DNA of 64,000 bases from the NCBI RefSeq assembly GCF_009914755.1, contig NC_060928.1, one strand, 5' to 3'. Made by a program: the position numbers and the translations under genes. The notes below the pieces were generated by a model. It was not told the origin of the DNA, made no database searches, and saw only the letters and a list, made by a program, of their open reading frames with translations. Source of the DNA: the human T2T-CHM13v2.0 reference genome, Homo sapiens. Positions 1-15,422 of the stretch are shown piece after piece; position 1 is the first letter of the stretch, and each line of letters starts with the position of its first letter.

Positions 1-610
1 TACACCCTATATATTGTTAGCCTTTAATGCCCTTTTTATCTTAACTGAGAACTGCAGCTGTAACTATTGCAGTTTGATGTATGACAGCAAAACTACCATA
101 AATTAATTTTTCCCTCTTCAGAATTTCAGAGTTAGAAGATCTGTTTTTACCTTAGACCTTGACAACTTCAGCATGTGATTTTTTTCTTTCCTTATTAAGA
201 CAAGAACTTTCACCTTTTCAATTAAAGAAAGCACTTTACGGCTGCTCTTTGGCATATTACAATTGCCAATATTGCTATTTTTGCACTTTGGGGTCGTTAT
301 TAAGTAAAATAAGGTTCACTTGAACACAAGGACTGATACTTCCACAGATGATCTGATAACTGAGGTCGCTGCAAAGACACTAATGGATGGGTAGCAAATA
401 CAGCATAAATACGCAGAATAAAGGGACGATTCTCCTCCAACGCAGGTTGGAATGGGACAGTGTGGGCTTTCAGCACATTCATAGGAACGGTGTGCAATTT
501 AAAACTTAGGAATTATTTCTGGGATTTTGCATTTAATATTTTCAGGCTATGGTTGAGCATAGATAACTGAAACCATGGAAAGCAAAACCACAGGTAAGGG
601 AGGACTACTG
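1..610 (+). mobile_element. MER44/Tigger7-type non-autonomous Tc1-mariner (Tigger) element, right part
   Basis: Ends ...AACTGAAACCATGGAAAGCAAAACCACAGGTAAGGGAGGACTACTG followed by TA (611-612), matching the remembered MER44 terminal inverted repeat and TA target site. Confidence 0.7.
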
Positions 611-689
611 TAATAGAAGCCTAATACAGATATGCTTGGATATGTGATGACCAGAAGGATACACAGTGAAAAAGATTGTTTGCAGACCA

Positions 690-1071
690 CCAGAAATTAT
701 TTGGCTCTTTCCCCATGGTTTAGAATCGCTATTAGGAAAATATCACAGTAAGGAACATATTCCCCTACCCTTTTATCAAGGTAGGGCCATATGACCAGCT
801 CTGGTTAATGTATACTGGAATAATATGTACCACTTCTGAGTGAAGGTTTCTATGTGCCCTGCATGCATGACACATCGTCTCTTTCTATTGGATCATATAT
901 ACTGAAGATAGTCGAAGCCCATGAAGAAAGAGGCTTGGATCCTTAAAAAATTGCATGGGACAGAAGACCTTCCCCTCCCATGTTTTCATCAATGATTTAA
1001 GCTGTAAAATGAAAGAAGGATAAACTCGTACTGTGTTAATTCATCAACACTTGGGATTTTTCATAATGTAA
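690..1071 (+). mobile_element. Old MaLR/ERVL solo LTR (MLT1J/LTR16-like), degraded
   Basis: GGCCATATGACCAGCTCTGG...GTACCACTTCTG and an ATAAAC...TGACTAACA 3' end typical of old MLT1 LTRs; boundaries approximate. Confidence 0.4.
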
Positions 1072-1379
1072 CTTCACCTATTCTGACTAACACCATAAAA
1101 GCAAAGTATTTTTATTGTCATTTTATTTTAATAAAGACCATTTCTTGAATTAATTTTATAATATTTAAATGACAAATGTTAGGTATATATACCAGTGCAT
1201 TTTATTTCTGAAGTGAAACAAAAAGAAAACTAGCATTGCTTCCAACTAAGTTTATGAATACCTCAATGAAACAAATCAATCAAGCAAGTCATTTTTATAT
1301 CAGTTTTCTAGAACTATATATGCATATTCCAAGATGAGAGTAATATATCCATTGGCTAATCACAATATGCAATTGAAAT

Positions 1380-1600
1380 TGTGTAAAGATCATGGACTTT
1401 GACAAGTTAGAGATTTGAACTTAAAGCCTGGTTTCAAAAAGTACAAGGTGTTTGATCTTGGCAAAGTAATTTAACCGGTTTCTCATTTTTGTCATCTTGT
1501 AAATGTGCATAGTATTTATAATATAAAACCGTTAGGAAAACGTAGTGATGAAAAATATCAAGCAAGCACAGTTCTTGTCACTTAGTAGGTGGTCAAACAC
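1380..1600 (+). mobile_element. MIR SINE relic
   Basis: Core-like TGATCTTGGCAAAGTAATTTAACC...CATCTTGTAAATG...CTTAGTAGGTGGTCAA. Confidence 0.5.
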
Positions 1601-1976
1601 TGCTAGATCTCTTCTCTTTCCCCCTTTATCTTTGTGTATCATAGGATGTCAAACAGATAATGAATAGCATCAATTATAGCTATGACATCTCCAGGACGTT
1701 ACTAATGAGAGTCATACATCAAAACATTAGGCTTATGTGTTATGCAACTATTTGCTGAAGCTGTTCCTACTTTAATTTTTAAGACAGTAACTTCAGAGCT
1801 TTCTAACATAACAAAATCTATATTTACTTTGAAAGCTATGCAGTGCTTTGAGTATAAAAGCAAACTGACAAAACTGTACATTTGGAATCACTACATCTTT
1901 ACAAAATCCTCCAAAGCCTTTTATGTCCACATATTTCTAACTAAAAAGTAAAAATTCTGTGAAGTTTAGTAACAGC

Positions 1977-2025
1977 TGTGTGTGTGTGTCCGTGTGTGTG
2001 TGCGCGCACACGCACACATGTATGT
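1977..2025. repeat. (TG)n/(CG)/(CA) alternating purine-pyrimidine microsatellite
   Basis: TGTGTGTGTGTGTCCGTGTGTGTGTGCGCGCACACGCACACATG read directly. Confidence 0.9.
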
Positions 2026-2689
2026 ATTTGGAACTCGAGAACTAAAGAAGGACTGAAGACACGTTTGTGGTGTGGCAACCTTGGAATTTAGTGAACAATA
2101 TTTTGCTTCTTACTCACTTTCCTTGTACACATCAGAGCCATTCACCTTTATTCTTTTAATTTTGCTCTCTCCTCTTTTCACTACCAGTGTCCCTCCTCTT
2201 ATCTCACCCATTCTTCAGAACCCAGCTTAGGTTTCTCCTGTGCTAGAAGCCTCTCCTTAAGATTTGTCTCTTCATTAGCTGATTTGGGTCCTATTTGTTT
2301 TTATAGCAGAGGTCACAACTGGCCCAGAAAATGGCACTTGGATTCTGAGGATCCAAGTCCATAGCAGAAAATTCCAATGCTACAGGAGATATTAGTGGGG
2401 AGAGGTGATCTAAAATATCAAGGAAAGTGTCTACACACACCAGTTCTGGAGGGGTCAAATGTGAGTTTGAACTTGAAATCCCAAGAGATGACACCATAAT
2501 AGGTGGAGAAACATGCAGTATCTTTATGTAAGGCTAGATGATGAAAAGTTTCCAAGAGGGCAAATTTCCCCAGACTGTTCTACAGAGGATATCTTACCTT
2601 TGTGATCATAAGACTTTATTGTTTATATTCATAGATTAATTAGGATGTCAGCCTACAGGGCCTGAAGTACTATGTCTTGGTAGGTAAAT

Positions 2690-2850
2690 AACAGTGTTCT
2701 AGATATGGCTTCACAATTTATTAACTGCATTATCTTAGCTATGGTGCTGAACTGCTCCTGAGTCTTGGTTTAATAAAATACAGGAGGTCAAGTAATGCCC
2801 ATCTCATGGAAGGATTGGAAATTCAATGAGATAATGCATGGAAAAAATGT
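2690..2850 (+). mobile_element. MIR SINE relic
   Basis: TTCTAGATATGGCTTCAC...TAACTGC...CTGAGTCTTGGTTT...ATGAGATAATGCATG. Confidence 0.45.
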
Positions 2851-2898
2851 GTGCAAATTCGAAGCCTGGAGATATACTAAAGAATGTTTTTATCTTTG

Positions 2899-3306
2899 GA
2901 TCTGAGTCCATTTGGTGTTCCTATAACAGAACATCTGAGGCTGGATAATTTATAAAGAAAGAGGTTTATTTGGTTCATGATTTTGGTGACTGAAAGTCCA
3001 AGAGCATGGCATTAGCATCTGCTTGGCTTCTAGAGACAGCGTTTTTCTGTGTCACAATGTGGTGAACAGGCAGAAAGAAAAGTAGGTGGGAGCAAAGTGG
3101 CCAAACATGAGACGCAACCTCAATTTGCAACAACACACTTTCACCAGGACTAATCCATTCCTCAGAAAACTAATCCAATCTCATAAAAAGACAGTAATCT
3201 CTCTTTATGACCTAATCATCTCTGTAGAGTATCACCTCCCAACATTGCCACAATGGAAATTAAGATTCCTGCATGAGCTTTGGTGGGGAACACTCAAACC
3301 ATAGCA
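2899..3306 (-). mobile_element. MST-family MaLR solo LTR
   Basis: GGCTGGATAATTTATAAAGAAAGAGGTTTATTTGG...GCATCTGCTTGGCTTCT; ends CACTCAAACCATAGCA, the reverse complement of the MaLR start TGCTATGGTTTGAGTG. Confidence 0.75.
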
Positions 3307-3639
3307 CTGTGCGATAAAATTGAGCACTCATTGAATGCTATTTATTAACTCCACTATAGACATAAAATACTCATTTTTTAACTTATAGTGAAAGCTTTTT
3401 GATGGGAGAAATCCAAATATCATTATTACTAAGTCATGCTTTAAAGTATAGGTCTAAGAGTACATTTGATATTCAACACGTTTATTTAGTGTTCAGTGAA
3501 TGATTACTCTTCTCTCTGCACAACACTTTCTAATCTTCTGCTTTCTCTTATGTTTTTTATTACAAAAAGAAATTTACATAAATGATCACTTCTCAGAATT
3601 AAATTGACAGTGTAAATGACATGATTTATTACTGCCTAA

Positions 3640-3865
3640 AATATCTGAATTCAAATCCTGGCTTTGCCACTCACACAATTTTTGAGTAAATTGCTTAGCT
3701 TCTCTTTATCTCTTTGTTAATTTAAAACTATTCTTTTCTCCATTACTCATCTGTAGAATGGAGGTACGAATAGTTTTCTCAGGGAGTTTTCAAATGGCCA
3801 AATGATTTAAGGTATGTGAAATACATAACACAGTGCTTTGCTTAGCACAAAATAGTTGAACAATA
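3640..3865 (+). mobile_element. MIR SINE relic
   Basis: TTCAAATCCTGGCTTTGCCACT...CTCATCTGTAGAATGG. Confidence 0.55.
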
Positions 3866-4839
3866 AATTCTTCTTCCCCTTATCTCCCTTCTGCCAATGT
3901 TGTCTCTTCCCTTGAAGGATGCGAGAGCATGGATGATCTCACTACCTGATTATTGATGGCCTGCTTTCCTGTAACCATCTCTGAATTTAAGGATTATAGA
4001 TATAGAGGAGGTATGTCACAATGAGACTAGAAGGTTTTCTTTTTAGAGTTAATATATTGTTATAAAAAATAGGCTTGGTTGTCCCTGCTTGATAATTCCC
4101 ACAGCATCCTCCTAGCTACAGATAAAAGGACTTTCTACTTCATAACAAGAAGAAGGTTGTTTGATGTCATTTGAAAATTTTTAAAGAAGCCTATGGAAGG
4201 AAGTCTACAAATAAAATAACAGTGGCTGACTCTCAGGAGTTTCAGAGTGAAACAATACTTTATTTCTGTTCACAGGAAACTTTACCATTCAAATAAATTC
4301 ACTTTTCATACAGCAACTCCTCAATTTCAGACCGAATGTTGAAAACTGGCCGCACTAAATCAGAAAGAAAACACTTTTGAAATCATCTTTGCAAAAGTAC
4401 AATTTTGACACAAAAAGAAGAGAATCAAGAAGGTGAACAAAATTAAAATGGAATTCAGTTCAAGGGAGACAAGTTCTCAGGTGGTTAGTTATTTGTGAAA
4501 CTTGCAAAGTACCAATCAAAGGGGGAGACTATACCCATCAGCACATATTGTTCCATGATAATGCTGATTCACTCTTTCAAACATTTAGAGTCAAGAAATT
4601 ATAGGGGCCAAGGATCATATTTTATAGAAAAGGGAGGACACAGAATTGATCGTAGCAAGCATATTTATTAGAAGTCTTTCTTCATTCCTCTCTCTTCTTT
4701 CAAATCCTCTTTCTTCTTCATGGCCTCTTTCCACACCCCACTGCATCTACAAAGCATTCCCTGACCACTAGGCCTAACCATGTTTCCTTACTCTTTGAAA
4801 ATCTGTGAAGACAGATTCTCTGCTCTTTTTAGGGCTGTT

Positions 4840-4955
4840 TCATGTAGTAAAGTATTGGCTCTGGATGTCAGACTCCCTGGATTGAATCCCCAGCACTTGC
4901 TAATTGTAAAAAATCTTAGGTGACATTATTTAAATTGTTTTTTTTTTTAGATTCC
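4840..4955 (+). mobile_element. MIR, 5' half (split by L1 insertion)
   Basis: GGCTCTGGATGTCAGACTCCCTGGATTGAATCCCCAGC...CTTAGGTGACATTATTTAA matches MIR 5' half. Confidence 0.6.
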
Positions 4956-8460
<3,505 letters not shown>

Positions 8461-8609
8461 TTTTTAGTTAATATGACCATTCTACGTTCATTGGTTTCAG
8501 ACCTAGAGCTGTGCAATCTTTCTAAAAGCAAATTTGTCTTAGCCACCTTATGCTGCAACTCCTTCAATGATTTTACTATCTTTAGAAGGAAGCCCAAACT
8601 TCTTAACAT

Positions 8610-9094
8610 GATGTTATGGTGAGCAATGCACACCAGCCCCCCCACCCAAAAACCATTCACACCCTAACACTGGAACCTGTGAATATGTCACATTCCGTGG
8701 CAACAGGGAATACTTTGCATGTATACTATGGGTATGAAGCTTGATATTATCCTGGATTATTCAGTACAAGCAAGTGTTTCCTTAAAAGTGGATAATCTTT
8801 CCTGCCTATGGTTATGAGAGAGAGACTGATGATGGATAAGTGTCAGAGAGATGGAGGAAATGAGGCCACATACCAAGGAGTATAGGCAGTATCTAAAAGA
8901 TGCAAAAGGGAAGGAAAGGGATTCTCCCACAGAGCCTCCAGAAGAGAATGTAACCCTGCAGATACCTTGCTTATTAGTCCAGGTAAATCCATGCCAAACT
9001 TCTGGTCTAATGTACTGTCAGATAATATATTTGTGTTGTTTTAAGCCATTAAGTTTATGTTAATTTGTTAGAGCAGCTGTAGGAAACCAATACA
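8610..9094 (+). mobile_element. MLT1D-like MaLR solo LTR
   Basis: GGAACCTGTGAATATG...ATTATCCTGGATTAT...GATTCTCCCACAGAGCCTCCAGAAG...TTTAAGCCATTAAGTTT...GGAAACCAATACA. Confidence 0.8.
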
Positions 9095-9624
9095 CGTGAT
9101 ATACAAAGCCTTTGAGGTTTCATGTTTGTCTTCTTCTCAGCCTACTTTCAGGGCCCTGGAGAACAAGATGAGAGAGAAGGTCTGCGGCTAATGGCCAAGC
9201 TTGTTTGTGTATAGACAGTATTCACATGGGTCTGCTGGTGTATTTCCAGGAAAGAGACAATGTAATTATAAGGATAATGAATACATATCTGGCGCGTAAC
9301 TTCTCTAAGCCTGAGTCTGCACACATGGCTGTGAGGAGGATTAAATGAGGTGATTCCCATAATAGATTTTTCCTGATTCCTGGTGCACAAAAAGAGTTTG
9401 GTCAAAGGTAGAAAGGTAGTTATGATAGGTCTTCTTCCTCGTTTCCCTATCTCCCCTTTCTTTCTGTTGAAACTTCCCAGTATAATTGGAAAAGAGTAGC
9501 AGTCAATTCTCTGGGAAGATGAAAAGGAGCAAGTTGCAAAGATTCTTGAATGCAAAGCTAAAAAAATTTACTCTATTCATTAGGCAATAGAAAAATCAGT
9601 CACTTACTTTAAGAGTAATTATTT

Positions 9625-9799
9625 TTTAGTTATTTATTTATAAATTAATAACTAGAAAGGCCTCACTCCGTAGTCCAGGCTTGAGTGTAGTGGCATGATC
9701 ATAGCTCACTGCATCTTTGAACTCCTGGGCTCAAGTGATCCTCCCACCTTAGCCTCCAGAGTAGCTGGGACTACAGTTATGTGCCACCATACCCAGCTA
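9625..9799 (-). mobile_element. Alu monomer (FRAM / AluJ right arm)
   Basis: ATGATCATAGCTCACTGCA...CTCAAGTGATCCTCCCACCTTAGCCTCC...GTAGCTGGGACTACA; degenerate TSD AAGAGTAATTATTT (9611) / AAGAGAAATTACTT (9800). Confidence 0.8.
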
Positions 9800-9999
9800 A
9801 AGAGAAATTACTTTGAAGTTTCATTACGTATACTGCAAGAGCTATGTGATCTCTACATGTTTTGTTTTCTCAACTATAACATTAGAAATATATGAAGACC
9901 TGCCTACCTCATACACTTGAGTAAATTAATACAAGCAAAGTGCATGGAAAAGTATCTTAGATGGTAAAGATTCAATAAGTGGAATTTTAATATACTTAT

Positions 10000-10720
10000 T
10001 TACTTATCCATCATCCAATATTTATTAAGTGCCTACTGGTGTCAGAAAATGTTCTAGGAGTTGAGGATATATTAGGAGAAATAAACAAACTTCATGAATC
10101 TGACAATATGGTGGTGGTATTCAAACAATGAATTTAAAAGTTTTTAAAGTGTGTGTGTGTGTTTAGCATGTTAAGTGGTGATAAATGCTCCAGAGAAAAG
10201 AAAAAAAATTTTATAAAAGGGAATCAAGAATGTCAGGGCAGGAGCAGGGCAGACAGGCTTCAAGTATAAATGGATTATTCAGGAAGTTCTTACTGGGAGA
10301 ATGACATTTAACCAAGACTGAATGGAAGAGGGAGCGTGCAAGCTATGAGACTTTCAAGGGGAAGAGCATTGCAGGCAGAGAGAAGAGCTAGAGCTGAAGT
10401 TCCAGCTCTAACTAGAAGCCCACCAGACATGTCTAAGGAACGGCAAGGAAGCCAATAGGGCTGAAGTAGATGTGGCCAAAGGAGAAGAAGCCATTGAATT
10501 AGAAGGAGAGGTAAGATTTTGTAGGTACCTCATTGCCACTGTGTTAGAATTTGGGCTCTGAGTATGCTGGATGAGGAGCTGTTCATCATTGCTAAGCAGA
10601 GGAGGAGCACAGTCTGGCCTATATTTTGACAGCATCAGGCTGGATGCTGTGCTACATATCGATGCAGGAGGATGAGATCTGAACCATTGAGACAAGTTAA
10701 AAGAATTGAGTAGTATATCA
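10000..10720 (-). mobile_element. L2 LINE 3' fragment
   Basis: CATCCAATATTTATTAAGTGCCTACT... followed by purine-rich L2 body (GGAAGAGCATTGCAGGCAGAG, CAAGGAAGCCA). Confidence 0.7.
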
Positions 10721-13700
10721 AATAGTACTATAAACGTTTAAACTTCAACTACAGGTTTTAAACAAAATGTTTGTTTTGGAAATCAAAATCTGCTTTCCCC
10801 AATGAATAATTTAATACATTTTGTATAGCTGAATGTCTTTTTTTTCTCTCTCTCTTGAAATAATACAGGTAATAGATCTTTCTTATTCACAGCTCTTTGT
10901 AAATTATCTGAAATTCTGCCAGCATTTAAAGCTGGATTAAAATGCTGGCTGCCTCGTCCTCCGTTAACATTTGCTTTGTTCAGAACGTGACTACTGGATA
11001 GATGAAGGATCAGGATGATTCAGAAAAGAAATGTATAGCATTTGCAAAGGACTTGAATGATAAATTACTGAGCATTCCCCAAATGCCAGCATCACATCAC
11101 AGATCTCCTTACCTAGACCAAGGCAGCCTCCAGGGTTAATCATTTCTTCTTTTGGTGTCTGGGTAGTAGAGTCTGAAATACAGAAATATCCAAGACATCT
11201 GTGGCTCTTGAGACCTTCTTTTAGCTGTGAAGTTTAGGGAAGAAGAGATGTGTTACTCTGACTCACTCCATCATTGATGGCAACACCAAAGAAAGTACTT
11301 ATCATTTCTCTTGTTAAATGTAAACATTTAAACATTAAGCATTTATTGAGACTCTGTTATACATTAAGCACAATGCTAAGCATTGTGGTAATTTGTATTT
11401 GAATTTTAATCCTGTTTTTTAAAAGCTATGAGTCCTTAGGAAAACCGTAATTCAGCCTAGCTTCAATTTTCTTATTATTTAAAGTCAGTAGAGGCAATTT
11501 CTGACAATATGGCAGAGAAAACTTGAATAGATTCCCCTTCAACAGTCCTGTGATAAATTTATAAAAATTCTGGCAAAATATTTTCAATATTTTGAAAACA
11601 TTAAACAATTTTAGATTAAAAATATTTTTAAATATAAACCAATTTATATGTAAATATTTGTTTATATCCAAGTTCAAAATAAAGCAAAATATACATGTGA
11701 AAAAAATGTAGATAGAACTCAAAGTCATAATAATAAGGACCATCTGATACCATGGCAAAACCTAGAGGTGTTGGTCTCATTTAAAAGACAGAATGAGACA
11801 AAGGATTAAGATGGTGGAAGCAGGACTAGCTTGCAGCTCCCACTTGGATGGACAGAGCAGTGTATGGAGACACATAGTGAACTTTTGCTCCAAGAACTAC
11901 CTCAGGAACATAACAGGAAACCCGAGAGAATTCATAGACCCCTGGAATGAACTAGATCACCACTGCAGGCTTCCTGAGATGCCAAAAATCTGTAAGTCTG
12001 CTTTCTTTCTCACTGGGGAGGCTTGTGGTCTAGGGCAAGCTCTCAGCCCTGGTCACTGACTGCCTGGAGATAGACTTGGTGCTCTTGGAGGGGCACGGTT
12101 GGAGTGAGACCAGCCTTTAGGACTGCCAGCTGCATGGGAGCAGGGTGAAGCCAGTGACTGCCAGCTTCCCCCCACTTCCCTGGTGATCTGCATGACTCAG
12201 CAGAGGCAGCCATAAACCCCCTGGGAATATAACTCCACTGGACTGGGAACCATACCCCTATCCCCCACACCAGCCACAGCAAGCCCCATCCAAGGAGAGG
12301 TTGACCTCAGACATGCCTATCCCTGCCCCTACCTGGTGGTCTTTCTCTACGCGCCCTGGCAGCCAAAAACAAAGGTCATAATCTCTTGGGAGCCCTATAG
12401 TCCTGCCCACTACCTGAGAATCCTGAATACTATACCAGGTGTCCCTACAGCAAGTTTGCATCCTCCCTGTAGCACCACAGTTTTGATACACTCTTGAAAG
12501 CGCCACCTTTTGGCTGGCAGCCAACCAACACAAAAGCAGTGCACTAAACAAAAACACAACCAAGGACCCTCACAGAGTCCATTTCACTCCCCTGTTATCT
12601 CTGCTGGAGCAGGTGCCGGTATCCATAGCTGCAAGACCTGAAGACATCACATCGCAGAACTCTTTGCAGACACTCCCCAGTACCAGCCCGGAGGACAGTA
12701 GCTCCACTGGGTGGCTAGACCCAGAAGAGCAAAAGCAATTACTACAATTTGGCTCTCAGGAAGCCCCATTCCTAGGAAAAGGGGGAAACTACCACATCAA
12801 GGGACCACCCCATGGGACAAAAGAATCTGAACAGTAGTGCTTGAATCCCAGATGATCCTTCTGACATAGTCTACCCAAATGAGAAAGAACCAGAAAAACA
12901 ATTCTGGTAATATGACAAAATAAGGTTATTTAACACCCCCCAAAAGTTCATACCAGCTCACCAGCAATGGATCCAAACCAAGATAAAATCTCTCTCTGAA
13001 TTGCCAGAAAAAAGAATTCAGAAGGTCAAATATTAAGGTAATCAAGGAGGCACCAGACAAAGGTGAAGTCCAACTTAAAGAAACCAAAAACATGATATAG
13101 GATATGAAACGAACATTTTTCAGTGAAATAGCATAAATAAAAAATAATAACTTATAGAAATCAAGAGCACAGAGAAATGCAAAATGTACCAAAAATCTCA
13201 GCAATAGAATCAAACAAGCAGAAGAAAGAACTTCAGAGTTCAAAGACAAGGCTTTTGAATTAACCCAATCCATCGAAAACAAAGAAAAAAGAATTAGAGA
13301 AATGAACAAAACCTCCGAGAAGTTTAGGACTATGTTAAATGTCCATATCTAAGAATAATCGGTGCTCTTGAGGAAGAAGAGAAATCTAAAAGTTTGGAAA
13401 ACGTATTTGGGGGAAAAATCAAGGAAAATTTCCCCAGCCTTGCTACAGATCTAGACATCCAAATACAAGAAGTACAGATCTAGACATCCAAATACAAGAA
13501 GCTCAAAAAACACCTGGGAAATTCATTATAAAAGATCCTCATCTAGGCACATAGTCATCAGGTTATTACAGTTCAGCTGTAAGGAAGCCCCAGATTATCT
13601 AAAATCAAGACAAAAGAGAGAATTTTAAGAGCTATGAGACAAAAGCATCCAGTAGCCTATAAAGGAAAACCTATCAGATTAACAGCAGATTTCTCAGCAG

Positions 13701-14517
13701 AAACCATACAAGCTAGAAGGGATTGGGGTCCGATTTTTAACCTCCTTAAACAAAACAATTATCAGCCAATAATTTTATATCCAGTGAAGCTAAGCTTCAT
13801 AAATGAAGGAAAGATATAGTCTTTTCCACACAAACATGTGCTGAAGGGATTCAACACTATCAAGCCAGAACTACAAGAATTGCTAAAAGGAGCTCTAAAT
13901 TTTGAAACAAATCATAAAATACATCAAAATAGAATCTCCTTAAAGCATAAATTTCAGAGGACCTATATAACAATAACACAAGGAGGGAAAAACAAGGTAT
14001 TCTGGCAAAAAAATAGCATGATGAATAGAATAGTACCTCATGTCTCATTACTACCATTGAATGTAAATGGCCTAAAGGCTCCACTTGTAAAAGTACAGAA
14101 TGGCAGAACGAATAAGAATTCACCAACCAAGTGTCTGTTGTCTTCAGAAGATCCACCTAACACATAAGGACTCCCATAAACTTAAGGTAAAGGGGTAGAT
14201 AAAGATATTCCATGCAATGGACACCAAAAGCAAGCAGGAGTAGCTATTCTTATATCAGACAAAACTAACTTTAAAGCAATAGCAGTTAAAAAAAAAAGAC
14301 AGAGACATTAATGATAAAAGGACTAATCTAACAGGAAAATATCACAATTCTAAATATATATGCACCTATCACTGGAGCTCACAAATTTTTAAAGCAATTA
14401 GTACTAGACCTAAGGAATGAGATAGATGGCAACACAATAATAGTGGGGGACTTTAATACTCCACTGACAGCACTAGACAGGATCAAGACAGAAAGTCAAC
14501 AAAGAAACAATGAACTC

Positions 14518-15422
14518 GGGAGGAGCCAAGATGGCCAACTAGGAACAGCTCCGGTCTATAGCTCCCAGCGTGAGCGACGCAGAAGAAGGGTGATTTCTGC
14601 ATTTCCATCTGAGGTACCAGGTTCATCTCACTAGGGAGTGCCAGACAGTGGGCGCAGGTCAGTGGGTACACGCACCCTGTGCGAGCTGAAGCAGGGCGAG
14701 GCATTGCCTCACTTGGGAAGCGCAAGGGGTCAGGGAGTTCCCTTTCCGAGTCAAAGAAAGGGGTGACGGACGCACCTGGAAAATCGGGTCACTCCCACCC
14801 GAATACTGCACTTTTCCGACCGGCTTAAAAAATGGCGCACCACGAGATTATATCCCGCACCTGGCTTGGAGGGTCCTACGCCCGCGGAGTCTCGCTGATT
14901 GCTAGCACAGCAGTCTGAGATCAAACTGCAAGGCGGCAGCGAGGCTGGGGGAGGGGCACCCACCATTGCCCAGGCTTGCTTAGGTAAACAAAGCAGCCAG
15001 GAAGCTCGAACTGGGTGGAGCCCACCACAGCTCAAGGAGGCCTGCCTGCCTCTGTAGGCTCCACCTCTGGGGGCAGGGCACAGACAAACAAAAAGACAGC
15101 AGTAACCTCTGCAGACATGAATGTCCCTGTCTGACAGCTTTGAAGAGAGCAGTGGTTCTCCCAGCACGCAGCTGGAGATCTGAGAACGGGCAGACTGCCT
15201 CCTCAAGTGGGTCCCTGACCCCTGACCCCCGAGCAGCCTAACTGGGAGGCACCCCCCCAGCAGGGGCACACTGACACCTCACACGGCAGGGTATTCCAAC
15301 AGACCTGCAGCTGAGGGTCCTGTCTGTTAGAAGGAAAACTAACAAACAGAAAGGACATCCACACCAAAAACCCATCTGTACATCACCATCATCAAAGACC
15401 AAAAGTAGATAATACCACAAAG
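14518..15422. promoter_or_regulatory. L1 5'UTR internal sense promoter and antisense promoter; YY1 site CAAGATGGCC at 14527-14536; CpG-rich
   Basis: Matches the known L1PA/L1HS 5'UTR layout; the most extended CpG-rich stretch in the window. Activity is inferred from family knowledge only. Confidence 0.75.
14751..14966 (-). CDS. ORF0: L1 ORF0 (71 aa antisense ORF of primate L1 5'UTR), open
   Basis: ATG at 14966-14964; MVGAPPPASLPPCSLISDCCASNQRDS...RFSRCVRHPFL*, 71 aa as in canonical ORF0. Confidence 0.8.
   Translation of the reverse strand: MVGAPPPASLPPCSLISDCCASNQRDSAGVGPSKPGAGYNLVVRHFLSRSEKCSIRVGVTRFSRCVRHPFL

Noticed and set aside
10918-10949. 10 bp perfect stem GCCAGCATTT / AAATGCTGGC with 12 nt loop
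   Set aside because: About one such stem is expected by chance in a window this size; too short for a pre-miRNA
14751-15269. 172 aa minus-strand ORF in the L1 5'UTR
   Set aside because: Starts at a non-ATG codon; only the last 71 aa correspond to ORF0, which is reported separately
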